Notes: generated from the sequence alone by a model not told the origin. Counted from the stretch's first letter, positions 24,685 to 38,318 are shown. The stretch is DNA of 64,000 nucleotides from Ptychomitrium polyphyllum (GCA_973851085.1 OZ316776.1:9982001-10046000); one strand, 5' to 3'. Made by a program: numbers and translations.

Positions 24685-27600
24685 AAATTGCTTCGTTTTC
24701 ATGTTACCCTCTCCACTTTACCAAATACTCCTTTCCTACTTTCTTGTGGTGCCTACACTTGAGAATTCCTTCTACTTCGTATTCCAAGTGGTCGCCCACC
24801 AATTCCGGCGGTGGCCAAATCACTTGTTTGCGATTGGGCCACAAGGTATCTTTTTTGAATGGCTTAAGGAGTGAGACATGAAATGTTGGGTGCACTTTGA
24901 TTTCGGGTGGTAGCTCCAACTTGTACACATCTTTAAACATCCGCTCCACAATGAAAAACGGCCCCGCAAACTTGGACATGAACTTTGGAGTGAGGCCTTT
25001 GGGCAAGCTAAAGTTCTTCACATTCAACAACACCTTTTGGCCTACTTCATACTCTACTTCACGTCTTCCGGCATTCACTTGTTTTTCGTACCGCTTTTGT
25101 GCCTTTTCCAACAAAAGCTTAGTCTTCTCCAACATTTGTTCCCGCTTTTTGGCCAAGTCCTCACCATCTTGGTTAAATTCTAGTGTTGAATGTGCCCCTT
25201 TGAGAGCTAAGTCGGCAAGCTGGAGTGGCTCCACTCTATAGGCCACCTTAAATGGCGACTGCTTTGTTGCCGAATGGTCGGCCGCATTGTAACTGAACTC
25301 CGCTAAGCTCACATAATCCGCCCAATCGCACTGGTCCGCAGTCACAAAGTTCCTCAAGTATAGGTTCAAGACTCCGTTCACTCGTTCCGTATGCCTATCC
25401 GTTTGGGAATGTAAGGCAATGCTAAATGTCAATTTGATTCCAACTTTCCTAAAAAAATGTTTCCAAAAAGCACTAGTGAATTTTGGATCTCGGTCCGACA
25501 CAATCACTCTCGGCAACCCGTGATGTTTCCACCATGCATCGAGAAATAGTTTTGCAGTCTCACGTGCAGTTACGGTTCCTCTAGTTGGTACCATGTGCGC
25601 CAACTTGCTAAAGCGATCCACCATCACAAAGATGGCATCATGCCCTTGCGATTCCGGAAGACTTGTGATGAAGTCCATCGACACACTATGCCATGAACCC
25701 GACGGAATTGGCAAAGGTTGTAGTAAACCGGCTTGCTTTGGATAAGAGGTTCTATTGAGTTGGCACTTCATACAAGTTTTCACAAAGTCAATGATGTCCG
25801 CTTTCATGCCTGGCCAATAGTACCTTCTTGACACCGTCGCTATGGTGGTTTTTTCTCCTCTATGGTCGGCTATGGGACTATCATGTTCTTTTTTCAAAAC
25901 CAACAACCGTAGTTTTCCTTGAGGCACATACATCCAACTTTGTTTGTACTTGAGCAATCCCTTCTCCAACTTAATTTCCTTAAGTTTCTTACCCTTCTTA
26001 AGCTTGCCAAGAAGCCTTTGTGCTTCCGAGTCCTTCATGTACCCCTCTCTTCTCTTCCTTTCCAAATTGCCTTCTCCCTTGTACATTACTCGCAGGACTT
26101 GGGTTGTACCCATCGCTTGCAACTCCTCCCGCCTACTTAGAGCATCCGGCACTACATTCTCACGCCCCAGCTTGTGGATCAAATCCACATTCATGAGTGC
26201 CAAGGTGTCATACCACCTCAATTGTTTTGCACTCATTTGTGCTTGCAATTCAAAGTACTTCAAGGACACGTTGTCCGTGTAGACTTTGGTTTTATGTAGG
26301 CCCAAGTAGTGCCGCCATGTTTTCAAACAATGCACTACGGCAAAGAGTTCTTTCTCGTGCGTGGGCCACCTCTTTTGGCATCCATCCAACTTCTTGCTCT
26401 CATAGGCATTGGGCATGCCTTTTTGCATGAGCACTCCGCCAATGGCAAAGTCACTTGCATCCATGTGGACCTCAAAGGGCTTTTCAAACTCAGGAAACTT
26501 CAATACCGGCGGTTGTGACAACTTATCCTTGAGTTCTTGAAAAGCTTGGTGACAAGATCCATACCTAGTGCGGCATGCAGTCTTTGGCACATCTTCATCC
26601 GCAATGCGGATTTGATAGTAGCCCGACTTCAAGTCTATATGACTAAAGTATTTAGTTCCTGCCAATCTATCAAAGAGGTCATCAATCCGAGGCAAAGGAT
26701 AGTTGTTCTTGATGGTGGCTTTATTCAAGGCTTTATAGTCGACACACATGCGGAGTTTGCCATCCTTTTTGTCTACGAAGAGGACCGGTGCTCCATATAG
26801 CGACTTACTTGGCCCAACTTAGCCTCTTTCCAACAAGTCATTCAATTGCTTCTTCAATTCCTCTTTCTCTTTTTGGTTCAACCGGTATGGAGCCTTTGAA
26901 GGGGGCTCCGTTCCCGGTATCACTTCAATTTTGTGATCCACTTCTCTTCTTGGCGATAACTCTGCGGGCAGCTCATTGGTGAGCACATCCTTGTAACCAC
27001 TTAGTACATTTTCAATGCACTTGGGAATAGTCCTAACTTCCTTGGCACTTGGCCTATTCCCCTCTTCTTGCTCCATTCGCATCACAACCACAAATTGGTT
27101 ATTCTTTAATTGTTCTAAAGAAAATAAGTTCAACTTGCCTCCCGCAACCATAAAAGTCCGAGTCAACTTCAATATTGCCTCCTTCCCACCACAGCGCACT
27201 ACTAATCAGGCTGGCCTTCGCTTCACATCCACCACATGAGTTTCGAAAAAGGTATCACTTAAAATGAGGTCTACCCCATCCATCTCACATAATGTAAAAC
27301 TTTCCTTCAACTCAAGTGCCCCACTACTTAAGGCCACATCCAACACCACCTCCTTCGTCTCGCACGGTTTGCCTTTTGCAAATCGCACGTTGATGGGCTT
27401 GCTAGCTTTTTGAACCGACAAGCCCAACACCCTTGCTAGCTTGGGACTCATGAAGGAGTGCGTTGCCCCTATGTCAATCAAACATGAGACATTTTTGCTA
27501 TTTACTTGAGCCTCAAGGTATAAGAAACTCGACCTTGGCTCAAGGCTACTAGCCTTGGCCACAAATCCACCTTCTAAAATGTGATCCACAACACAAGTGT

Positions 27601-29960
27601 GACAAGCTTTGGTACTCACCTTTTTATCGGGGCACTCCGCAATGAAGTGACCAATCTTGCCACACCCGTGGCAACGCTTGTGCTTCACCTCAGCACTCTT
27701 ATCTCCCGATTTGAATGGTTTTTTCTCATGATGGTCCACTTTGTTGTAGGCCCTTCCATCTACTTATCCCTTGTGTTTGTTTCCAAAGCCAAATTTCTTG
27801 CGTTTTCCGCCGCGAGATACATTTCGGCTCAATCCACTTTGTTGAGAGGGACCACCACATTTTTTTTTGGAACCGTCAGCTTCAATTCTTTCCGCAATCT
27901 TAATGATTCCCGCCACATCCTCCGGAAGCTTTGGAAATTTGAACAAGGCGTCCACCACCCACTTTTGAAGCCCACCCAAAAAGATGCATTTCTTTGAAAA
28001 TTCATCCATTTTGAATGTGGCATTCATTTGGGCGTTGAAATCTTGCACATAATTCTTGAGCAACCCGGTGTGCCTCATTTGCACCAAGTTCATGCCCTCC
28101 TTCAACTCTTGGTATTCCGGAGTGAAGCATTCACTCAAAATCTCTTTAAAATTGACCCAAGACAAAGTTGCCACCAACTTCGGCTCTTGTTCATTTTTAC
28201 TTGTCCACCATTGAAGAGCATGGTCTTTCAAAAAGGTCACTGCAATTGAAACTTTGTCCACCTCTTCCGATTTTTGAACATCATTAATAGTTGTTCATTT
28301 CCAAAAGAAATTCCTTCACCTTCCTAGCCTTACCTAGCTCAGAGAAAGTACTGGGCATGTTCACCTTGGCCAACTTCTTGGTCAAAGATGAGGACCTGGA
28401 ACCTTGTGCCATCAAGTGCTCAATCAACCTCTCTTGAAGAGTCTTTTCTTCTTTGCCACGCTTGAGTTCTTGGTTCACACCGTCCATGAACTCAAGCATT
28501 TTGATGCAAAAACTTAAGTCAGGGTCTTGACTTTCAAGGCCCTCAGATGGCTCAGGAATTCTAGCTCCTAAGTACTCTCCACCTTCCAATGCTTCGTCTT
28601 GTTGAGTTTCCTCAACTTCCTCGCTGATTCCAATGTCATTCCCTTGCTCATTGGAATCAAAGGATGGAGCCTCATTAATTGAATCGGGATCTCTGTTCAC
28701 CCTTGTGCGTGGTCGTTTAGAGGCCCCGGGCTCACCGCCATCACCGACCTTCTTCTTATCCATAGCCTCCTTGCAACGTAGCACTTGGATACTCAAGGCC
28801 TGCTCTGATACCAAATGTCGCAACCCTCGTAATGCACCTTAGTAAGCGTCACGCGCGTCAACCCTATGCACCCCTACATGCACATGATTATTCCCCATTC
28901 TCACTCTGCAAGTCTTTCTATCATTTCTCTTAGGACATCCAATTTATTAGTAGCCAATGATTAGATGCAGACTTCCATTCATGTTCAAGGCCTCACTTGG
29001 TGTTACTCCCATTCCACACGGCCTAACCGCACTTAGTGGTGTCTCCTCACCACCACTCATGATGCTCAGGTGATTCTAAGATCACCCCGGGCCATCATGG
29101 TGCCGGCGTGAAGACACTACTCCAACTTAGTAGTAACAAGCATACCCTTTTGAACGTGCTAGTTCCCTCTGTGAAACATGCCATCTTCCGACTCATAATG
29201 GTGTGGGAGTCCTTGAGGTGAAGCTCCAACACTAGCTCCACCAACCGGGACTCACCCTTGGTCTCTACCGGGACACTAAGGGAGTGGGGAGGGGGACCAG
29301 CCCTCCCTTATAGTACTCTTTGTGGGATTCGGCAGGCCCCCTGGCCCTTTGTAGCTGGTTGAACCCTGACACACCTAGAGTTTTGGAAGACCAACCGATC
29401 TCCCTTGGGACTTAGTCGCTAGAAGCCTTCGGGACTCCCAACGGACCTTCAAGGAGCCATATCTTCCTCATCCGATGCCCGAATGTATCGAGCGACCACT
29501 CTATCGTCATTTACTTTTCGCGTAAATGCCGACAGACTCTTCAAACGTCCGATTTGAGTTAGTATTGTAGGAGATACGCCTCTCCCAAGGTTCAGGACTC
29601 CCGGGGAGTCCCTCTTTGGACTGTCCCAGTCTAGTATAGTCACTGTGTGGGGCTGCCACACACCAGAACATCCCTTTGGCAACCCCAACTTTGGGATGCC
29701 ATAACTTTTAGCTCCCTTGTCCGATTTAGACAATCTTAAGCATTCTAGGATCAACTCTTTGTGATTACTTTAATGCATATGATTTATTCCTAGTGGCCCT
29801 TGGTTTACATGGGCAAGGATGTTTCTCTCCCTAGGAGTCCTTCCCACGCTAGGCCCACTCGGTTCTCCTCACTATCGGCGCCACAAGTCTCGGACGTCAC
29901 TTCGGGGTCCCCCTTGTGCCTTTAGTGTTGTGGGCACTCCTCATGGAGAGGTGCGCGAGA
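24685..29960 (-). mobile_element. Galadriel-like chromovirus B: 5' LTR 29960-28816, PBS, gag, PR, RT with core deletion, RH, IN, truncated chromodomain; 3' LTR missing
   Basis: ORFs 28823-28284, 28261-27764, 27739-27206, 27199-26819 and 26749-24704, with MCVDYKALN, HMDASD, SMDFITSLP and EYEVEGILK..YLVKWRG motifs. Confidence 0.92.
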
Positions 29961-30242
29961 ATGATGGCCCGGGGTGGTCCTAGGATCGCATGGGAATCAT
30001 AGGTGGTGGTGAGGAGATACCACTAAGTACGGTTAGGCTGTGTTGAATTTAAGTAATACCAAGTGAGGCCTTGTTATGAATGGAAGTCTGCACCTAAGCA
30101 TTGGCTACCAATCAATTGGGTGTCTCAAGAGAAATGGTAAAAAGACTTGCAGAGTGAGAATGGGGGTTAATCATGTGCATGTGGGGGTATACAGGGTTGA
30201 CGCGCGTAACTCTTGCTAAGGTGCATTACGAGGGTTGCGACA
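29961..30242 (+). repeat. 3' remnant of a plus-strand LTR, probably the original 3' LTR of element A
   Basis: Collinear with 21740-22022 and ends GGGTTGCGACA. The right flank TCTTA matches the left flank of A (TTTTA) at 4/5 positions, a probable decayed TSD. Confidence 0.75.
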
Positions 30243-30959
30243 TCTTATGAGCCAAATTTTGTATATAATCTTCAAAAACAAGTTTTCCATATTGAACTTG
30301 GAATATAGGTGTGATATGCATAATTAATATTTGCAATACAAATGATAATGGCAATTGAGCTTCATCCATCTTATCTAATAAGTTGATTTAGCTTTTTTAT
30401 AGTTCACTAGTGGTAAGTGCCACCATCAAGGCTACTATTTTGATATGTGTAGCAACAAAACTACTATATCTTATAACATGCCAAATATTTAAATATCTCA
30501 AGTAGAAAAGGTTGTTCCAAAAGCAAAAGTCATACAAAACTCTATAACATAACCTTATGAAACTATACATTTGACTTTCTTCTTCAATTCTACAATCTTA
30601 TCATCCCATGCCTTCTCTTTCTTTAAAAGAGGCTATTTTCTAGAATGCAAAATAAAACTATGATCATCATTGTACTTGAGCCTACCACAATGAATACACT
30701 TCAATTGCATCATTTGACTTTCTTCTACTAATTTGGCTACCTTTGCTATCTTTGTATTAGGCTTATTTTTTATCTTTAAACAATTGGAATCGTTTTTAAT
30801 ATGGCCAATATTCCCAACAATGCAATGTCTTCTAATTCTAAATATTTACTAAGCTACTTTAATACCACTCTTTATTTTAGCATTGTTTAATATCATGCTA
30901 ACAAAAAACCTTATTACATTTATCATGCTAACAAAGAATCCTACTATATTTATTTTATT

Positions 30960-30988
30960 TATATATATACTATATATATATATATATA
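30960..30988. repeat. Interrupted (TA)n microsatellite
   Basis: Direct inspection. Confidence 0.85.
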
Positions 30989-31301
30989 AAGAACTTTTAT
31001 AAATGCTTAAGCCAAAGTTGCTTTCTTACCATAATTGAAATCCTTATTGTGACCAAATCCGAAACCCATTTGACAATTATTAACAAACATATTTTCATAA
31101 GTTAACTTTTTAACAATATGTTTCTAGATTCCACCACAGATTAATTCAAACAAGTATACATAATTATGGTGAACCTTACTTCGCACATAAAAAGTCTTAA
31201 ATGCATTGCATTTGATCATGTCTTAAATGCATTGCAATTGACCTTGTAAGACTTCACTTTCTATCCTCAAACACCACCAGAAGCACCATAGAATTAACTT
31301 C

Positions 31302-31378
31302 ACTCGAGCACCCTCCTTCCAGCCAATTAAAGATGTTTTCACTGAAGCACCCTCCTTCTAGCCAATTAAAGATGTTTA
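31302..31378. repeat. ~39-bp tandem duplication (AGCACCCTCCTTC(C/T)AGCCAATTAAAGATGTTT x2)
   Basis: Direct inspection. Confidence 0.8.
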
Positions 31379-31762
31379 TTCTGCTCTTACATTCATTACA
31401 TCACCAAAATCATTCCTCACGTAAAAATGCCACAACCTAAAACTCATGATCGTCCTACTCCATACAAGGACAGATCTACTAAACTAATCCTATAAAGTGA
31501 TAATCCAAAAACAAGTACAAGTAGACTTCACAATGCAATCGATCCAAACCCTCTTCAACTAAACCCAGAACGATCAAAAACAAACAAACCGATATAAATC
31601 ATAGCATTCAAATTAGATTAATTTCAAAAGAACAAACTAAAACGATAAAGAGGACCAAACTCTCAATACACCACTGAACCGGCTCTACAAATTTAAAAAA
31701 GAAAGAACACTAAACTCCACTTTCAGCATCTCATCCGCACAACCTCCACTATGCCGCCAGAT

Positions 31763-34607
31763 AGCATGATGATGCAGCCAATCATTCACAAATACACAGT
31801 GTCATCTCTAGAGGAAATCACCACAAACTACACAAGCCATGACCCTGACATCCAACGGGAAACAAACAAGCACAACTGTGACCCAGATCGCCTGGATGGC
31901 CTCTCCTGACACCCCGTCATAATGCACGACATGCTATGTCATCATCGCCTCCCGCATACCCCACTCCATGTTCCAAATGACATCCGACGTTCTTCAAGTA
32001 CGGTAAAGGTCGCGTTACATGGGCACCAGTCCGGCTGGAGCCTACCGAGAGGCCGAGGCCTGCCATCGATCCGCTATCATCCGTTCACCGCCTACCTCTC
32101 CGTCCCCCTCGGGATATGCCGTGCTCTCTCACGTCACACGACCCGGTCAGTGGCTTTCCCAATTGTACATTCTATGCGAACCGCTGCTCTTCACAGCTGC
32201 GGGGACGAACCGACAGGTTTCACGACCCATCCATGCTGTGATCCATTGCTGCTCTTGGTTCGTGTCTCGCTGCGCCGAACACGAAGCTCGGATTCGGGAT
32301 CGCGGGGGCCCCCGCTGACCCGAACAACGGTGCCTGCCCCTGCGCCTGCGCCGTTGGATGTGCCGTGAACGCTGGAACCATCGCCTCCGGGGCAGGGGCT
32401 GCGTACCCGAACCCGAAACTCACGCCACCGCCAGAGCTGTTGATTATGGGAGTGCTCGGCACGCTGTTTCCGAACACCTCGCTCTCGAACTGTTGCAGTT
32501 GCTGCGCCACCGCTGCACAACACACACCCACCTCATCGCCATTCAGACCATGCAACCCATGCGGCCTCACATCACGGCCCGACATCCGATTCGGACCCCG
32601 GTCCACTTGGTCCCGCGCGGCCTACGCGATCGTCATGCCGTGCTTCCGCACCCAACCCGACACGCTGCGAACTCGACTCGGTCCCGTCCAGACGATGCGC
32701 GCGACATCGCAGGCCCACCGACTGCAACGCCTCACCCCACGACACGGCCCCGACCCGATACCACCGCAACGCCCCACCCCGCACGTTCCTATTCCCCCGA
32801 ACGCACAGCAGAAGAAAAACCGGCGGCGGGCTCGGGTGTCCCATCCGCAGAACAGCACCCCGCGCCCGCGCCCGCCCCCCACACCACACACGACGCCACA
32901 CTGGACCGTGCTTCGGACCCTCACCTTGCGTCAGATTTATGGACGGTCTTCGATCCTTCACCCACTGGTACGCCTGGGGCAATCTCCACTGCTTGTACCT
33001 CATCAGATACGCGACGACTACAGCGGGAGATCTGCGCACAGTTTCTCTGCTGTTAGTACGTCTCTCCGGCCACACACCTGCCCCACATCCACCTCCTCCG
33101 ATCCGAACCACTGACCCGACACACGACGACATCCCCGACTCAAAACAACCGCCCGCCGCTCGCACCCCTTCCATCCTCCCACAGACCTCCGGCCTACCCC
33201 GACCGGGATACTCCGAACCGGCATCACACGCCAAAAAACAACCCATGCTTCCAGGACTGCGCACCTGCTCTGGCCCGACATGCAATGCACCAGCACCCGG
33301 GCTTTGTCCGCCCTGGCTTGTTCTGTCCACAACAGCACAAAAACGTCGTCAGTCCCTCGGAACACTGCAGGGCTCTCGACGTCCGGGGAAGCTCCGCCAC
33401 GGACATGGCCCCGCTTCCCAGGTCAACACGGGCTGCTGGGGCTTACCGATGAACTCCAGGCACTCCGAAAACGGCACCGTCTTGTCCTCCTTCAGTGAGT
33501 GATACGTGAAAGAGTTCTTGTACAGGTTCTGGCACGTCGGAACCGTCTGCATCAAATACTCGAACAAGTTCAGTACCCTGCGTCTAACCCTGCTCGATGC
33601 ATCATGCGTCTCATGACACCGCGCTCTCAAACCGGACCGACACTGATGATGGCAATGGGTTCGGACTCGGAATCGCAGTCCGCCACGCGCGAATCGGCCG
33701 CGTGCCACATTCTGCCAACCCTATTTCGCTCTCAACGACAAAGCCGTTTTAGGTTTACGACACGGGTGCGCACCGGATCACCGTCCCGAACCATGCCCAG
33801 TTCAAGGGGGAGGAGTTAGTGCTTCCGGACGTCCACATCTCACACACGCAAACGACTCATACTCTCCCCTGCCAATCCTCGACGACCACATACTGGCGCA
33901 ATTTCTCCTACAGCACGTCATCTGCAACCACATCAAACACCGCCCCTGTGGAACGGCCACGGCCACGTACGTTCAGGATCCGGCTGATGTTCTGCGCCTT
34001 CAGCAGCTCCGCGCGCGACGCATTGTCGTAGCTCCCCAGATACAAGAACTGCGGCAGAATCTCCGTCGAGAACGCGCTCTGCTGCGGGCCCTTCTCCGTC
34101 GCCTCCTGCAGCCGGTGCCCGCAGATCCCACACACCTCCCCGTCCTCAAACTTGTGGTAGTGCCCGCACACGAAGCACGGATTCTCCCTCTCCCGCTTCC
34201 GCATCGTACCCAACCTCGGCCCCAATCCCGCTCAACTCGCGTCCCGCTCCCGCCCACCCTCCTACACCGCCTGCCGCCCGCGCAGCGACATGCCTCCTCC
34301 GCCTACCTACCTACCGCACGCACCACCTCGTCCCATCCACTCCACGCCACGAATTCCGCTCGCCTACGAGCCCACCCCCTCCGCCCCAAAACCCCCGACC
34401 ATCACCCACGCTCACGCCGATCGGACCTCCCCCGCCCCCGCCCCGCCACGCGATCCGCCCCACATTGGCCTCCCAGAACGCAAACCCCCGAAGCCCAACG
34501 CGAACGAGAAAACACCATCAAACTTCCACAACACCTCCAGAACCACAGCCCTTACGGACTCCACACTCTAACCTAGACCCAGCTCCCGCAACAGCCAGGC
34601 AACTGAG
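31763..34607. repeat. ~2.85 kb direct repeat, copy 2 (whole IBR5 transcription unit)
   Basis: Matches 6301-9146; the flanks on both sides are unrelated or only faintly similar. Confidence 0.95.
32220..34204 (-). CDS. IBR5: IBR5-like dual-specificity phosphatase, copy 2. Exons 34204-33971, 33546-33447, 33322-33265, 33031-32925, 32512-32220
   Basis: Same sequence as copy 1 shifted by 25462 nt; six-frame ORF translations over the gene body are identical. Confidence 0.92.
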
Positions 34608-37600
34608 TAGATCCAATCGTGTTTTTCACTTACTTAACGAAGTGATGGCAGTCCGGCTTGAATTCATGAAATCGAAATTGCGTCATCGTGTGGAAAAGAG
34701 GTGAAACTGCAGCAAAACCAACCGGGCGGTAACGGTAGAGAATTTCCGGGAGCGGAAGAACTATGCTTGCATAGCACATGTATATCGACTTGTTCGAGAT
34801 TGGCAACGCTTCGTGAAGCCCATGCCGAGAACCGCCTCGGTACTTGAAAACCGAGGTTTTCTGCTGTTTGCATATTTATGGGGTTCAGTAGTATTTTGTC
34901 ATTTATTTATAGGATTGGTGTTTGAAAACGTACTTCTTGTAAAACTCGTCACGTGATTTAATACCAGCAGTTACTTTGGTTTTGATAGATTCTATTTATC
35001 CTTTTGTATTTATGTGCTTTGCTGGTAGTGATCAATTTAGTCGTGGTGACGGTTTTGGATTTGAGTTTTGTCTTGACAACTTTGTGTGTAGTGTTAATTT
35101 TACTTTGGGTGTGTTTGAAAGCTGGAATTGGTATTGGTGGTTCATGTGGGCGCCACATTGAAGTTTGACGTGCATCGCTCAATAGGATGGTTGTCATACA
35201 TGGGATGAGAGGTGATAAAAGAAGTTTTGTGAGGTGGTTGATTTTAATCTGGATAAGTTGTTACTATGATAGTAGTGGGTATGGAGAAGGAGGTTTTGTG
35301 GTTGTTTTCAACTTTTTTAATGTGGAATCAATATGTCTTTTAAAATATCACCAAAAATGGTCAAATGTGCACATGTAAATTTATGTTTTGGAATGACATA
35401 ATGTTTGTAAATCAAATGAACGTTTAATATACATAAAGGTATCAGATTTTTTCATACGTAACAAATCTAAAAAAGTAATAGTATTTATTTTACAATTTTA
35501 TTTTTACCTATTTTGATTATCTTAATCCTTCTTAGTTTTAAAGTGTTAACATGTATGATTGTAATTCATGTGGTATCATCATATGAAAGTTGAAAAATAT
35601 GTAAGTAAGAAGTTTTGTTGGAGATTGAATGATTTTTTATGTATTTCATTTTTCTTATTTTATATAAACAACATATAGAACTTAAAACATGTGATGGTTT
35701 TCATATCATTGATTGGAAGAAAAAAATACCTTTAATAAGTATTGTACCACAAGTGCTTGCACCTTAAGCATAGCATGACTATATCATATTTTATAAAAAA
35801 TATAACAAAAGCAAATTGTAAAATTGTCTAGATAAGAAGTTTCAAAAGGTTTTAAAAAATAGAGTAAATTCATATTTGAAAAGATTAATATAAATGCTAT
35901 AGTGTGGAACTTTTATAGCTTTTATTCTTATAAATCCGTGTCAGTTTTTTTAAATTATATTTTATTTATCGAAGTTGTATAACAAAATTTGTTTCAATAA
36001 AGAACTTCTAATAAGAATATTTCATTTATGCAATGGAATTTTTTGGAAATTTTATAGATTGTATTTAAAAGATTTAGTTAATATAAATTCATAAATAAAG
36101 GCGCTACTTTTTCAAAAGCTTTTTATTTATATGAAACTTGTCCTTATGGAAATCTTAATTTTTGATTTTTTCTTCTTTTAAATTGCTTTGTATTTTTTCC
36201 TTTGTTAATGAACGATTTCATTTGTAATAAACGAATGTTAAAATGTAAAATATTTAAAGAATATCAATCAAAAAGTAGATATCTAAAAAATAAAAAACTT
36301 ATCAAAATGAAGTCATTTAAATTTATATATTAATATTTCATGAATATTTACCATGCATTGATTTAGCAAACACTCGTCTATTTATAAGTAATAACCATAT
36401 CATTATTGAAAGTTAAAAGCTTCATTACATTTGCAGTACATGTAAAACAAGTTTTGTATTTTTCGTTGGTATTATCATTTTCTATTGCATACCTTAAAAG
36501 CATGTTATATTATGAATTTTGAAACAAAATAGATATTTTCCGTTATTTTTAATTTAAAGTTAAAGTACAATATTTAAATATAATTTAATCATAAGATTTT
36601 TATGAAATTGTTGAGCACATCAAGTTTTTGTTTAGAATTTCAAAATGATATATGATATGGAATCATTTTGCAATGCTTAGAAAATTGTGTTGCATAATTT
36701 TTTTTTGTAATAATAAATTATATTATCTTCATAATTTACATTCAAAATAATAAATTTATCTACTTACATATTAAAATTGAACACAAAGTGCACAATCAAA
36801 ATATGATATAATATATGTAAAATTGTTTAGCTATTAAACCTCAAGCTTTTTTGAATTTATCAAAACCTAATTGATACCTTTTATTGCAAAAACTTACACA
36901 AATTGTCACAATCAATTATTTATATAAGTACAAATGTTTGTATATATTGCACTTATATATTTATATGTTATTACTCAAAATTTAGCAATAGAAACAAGTG
37001 ACTTTTATTCATCTTTTAAGCTCTCTTTTATCTTTAATTTATCAATGGAAATCAATTTCAAATGTCTTCTTTTGTCTTATAAGATATATAGAAATAGAGC
37101 TTTGAAATGGAGAAAAAATTAGCAAACCAACAAGGTTTGGTAGGGGCACAACTTAGTTTAGATGTCAATAGGAAATTTCCATCAATCATTCCAAATTCCA
37201 TTTTTTAAAACATCACTTTAACCTCAATTAAGATTTTTTTATTTTTAGTTGTCAATTTTCTTACCAAAATAAAATATATGCTTATAGCTTACGTCATCTA
37301 CAAGTTACATACATTCAAATTACTAAAATTTTAAAAAATATCATCATTTTTCTACGTGTAATTTCCTTTGTATAAGTTGAAGTTTTATTTTAAAGAAACA
37401 TGGAAGCAAAAACATATATTCAAATTGTTCTAAAAACCAACATTATCTCAATTCCTTTTATATTTTAGAGCTTCAAGTATAAGTCTACCGCCTACCAAAG
37501 TTATTGTGAGATATTTTGGTATTTTCAAAAATACACATTTTTTTCATTTGTTTGTATGAAAACAAATACTTTAGTTATAAAATATGAAACACAATACTAC

Positions 37601-38243
37601 TAGACATATTACAAGAAAGACTTTGTTATACTTGATGATCTTATAAATCATAGATTAGAATAAACAAAGTTGCCAAGTGAAATGGAATATACTACAAAGT
37701 CTTTCATATATGATCATTTTTTAATTATATTCTATTATATTCAACATTACAATACTTCCATAAACATGTTATAATGTTTTATTTTTGATTTTAAACACTA
37801 CAAAGCACTATAAATAAGTGCTAGCACCAAGTCTTAATGAAAATCCAAAGAATAAAGTGAATTACAAAGCCAAATCCCTCCAATTTTGCTAAAATCCTAG
37901 TTTCCAATATACGGAAGGTGTACAAAAAATGTGGATGAACAGAAAGTTCTGAATATGAAAACAGTTGGCTTCACCACATTATGTTCCAACAACATACTTG
38001 GTTAGTGGATGGGATGAAAAAATTAATTTACAGGAAAATATTTTGAAAGGTCGTTCCTCCACAGTGTTGTCGCCTCGTCAGCATTTGCCTCGAAAAATTA
38101 TTCATTAAAATAATTTTAGAAAATAACAAAAAAACAAAACAAAAAAGAGAAAAGAAATCAAAAACAATGTGTAGGTTGCAGTAGACGGCGACGCTCTTGG
38201 ACGGTAGTCACCTTTCGAGCGAGGTTGGATGAAGGAGGAAATC

Positions 38244-38318
38244 GGATGGATGTGTGGATGGATGTGTGGATGGATGTGTGGATGGATGCAGGGTTGGATA
38301 GATGGAAGGAGGATGGAT
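38244..38318. repeat. GGAT / GGATGGATGTGT simple repeat upstream of the RING ligase gene
   Basis: Direct inspection. Confidence 0.8.
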
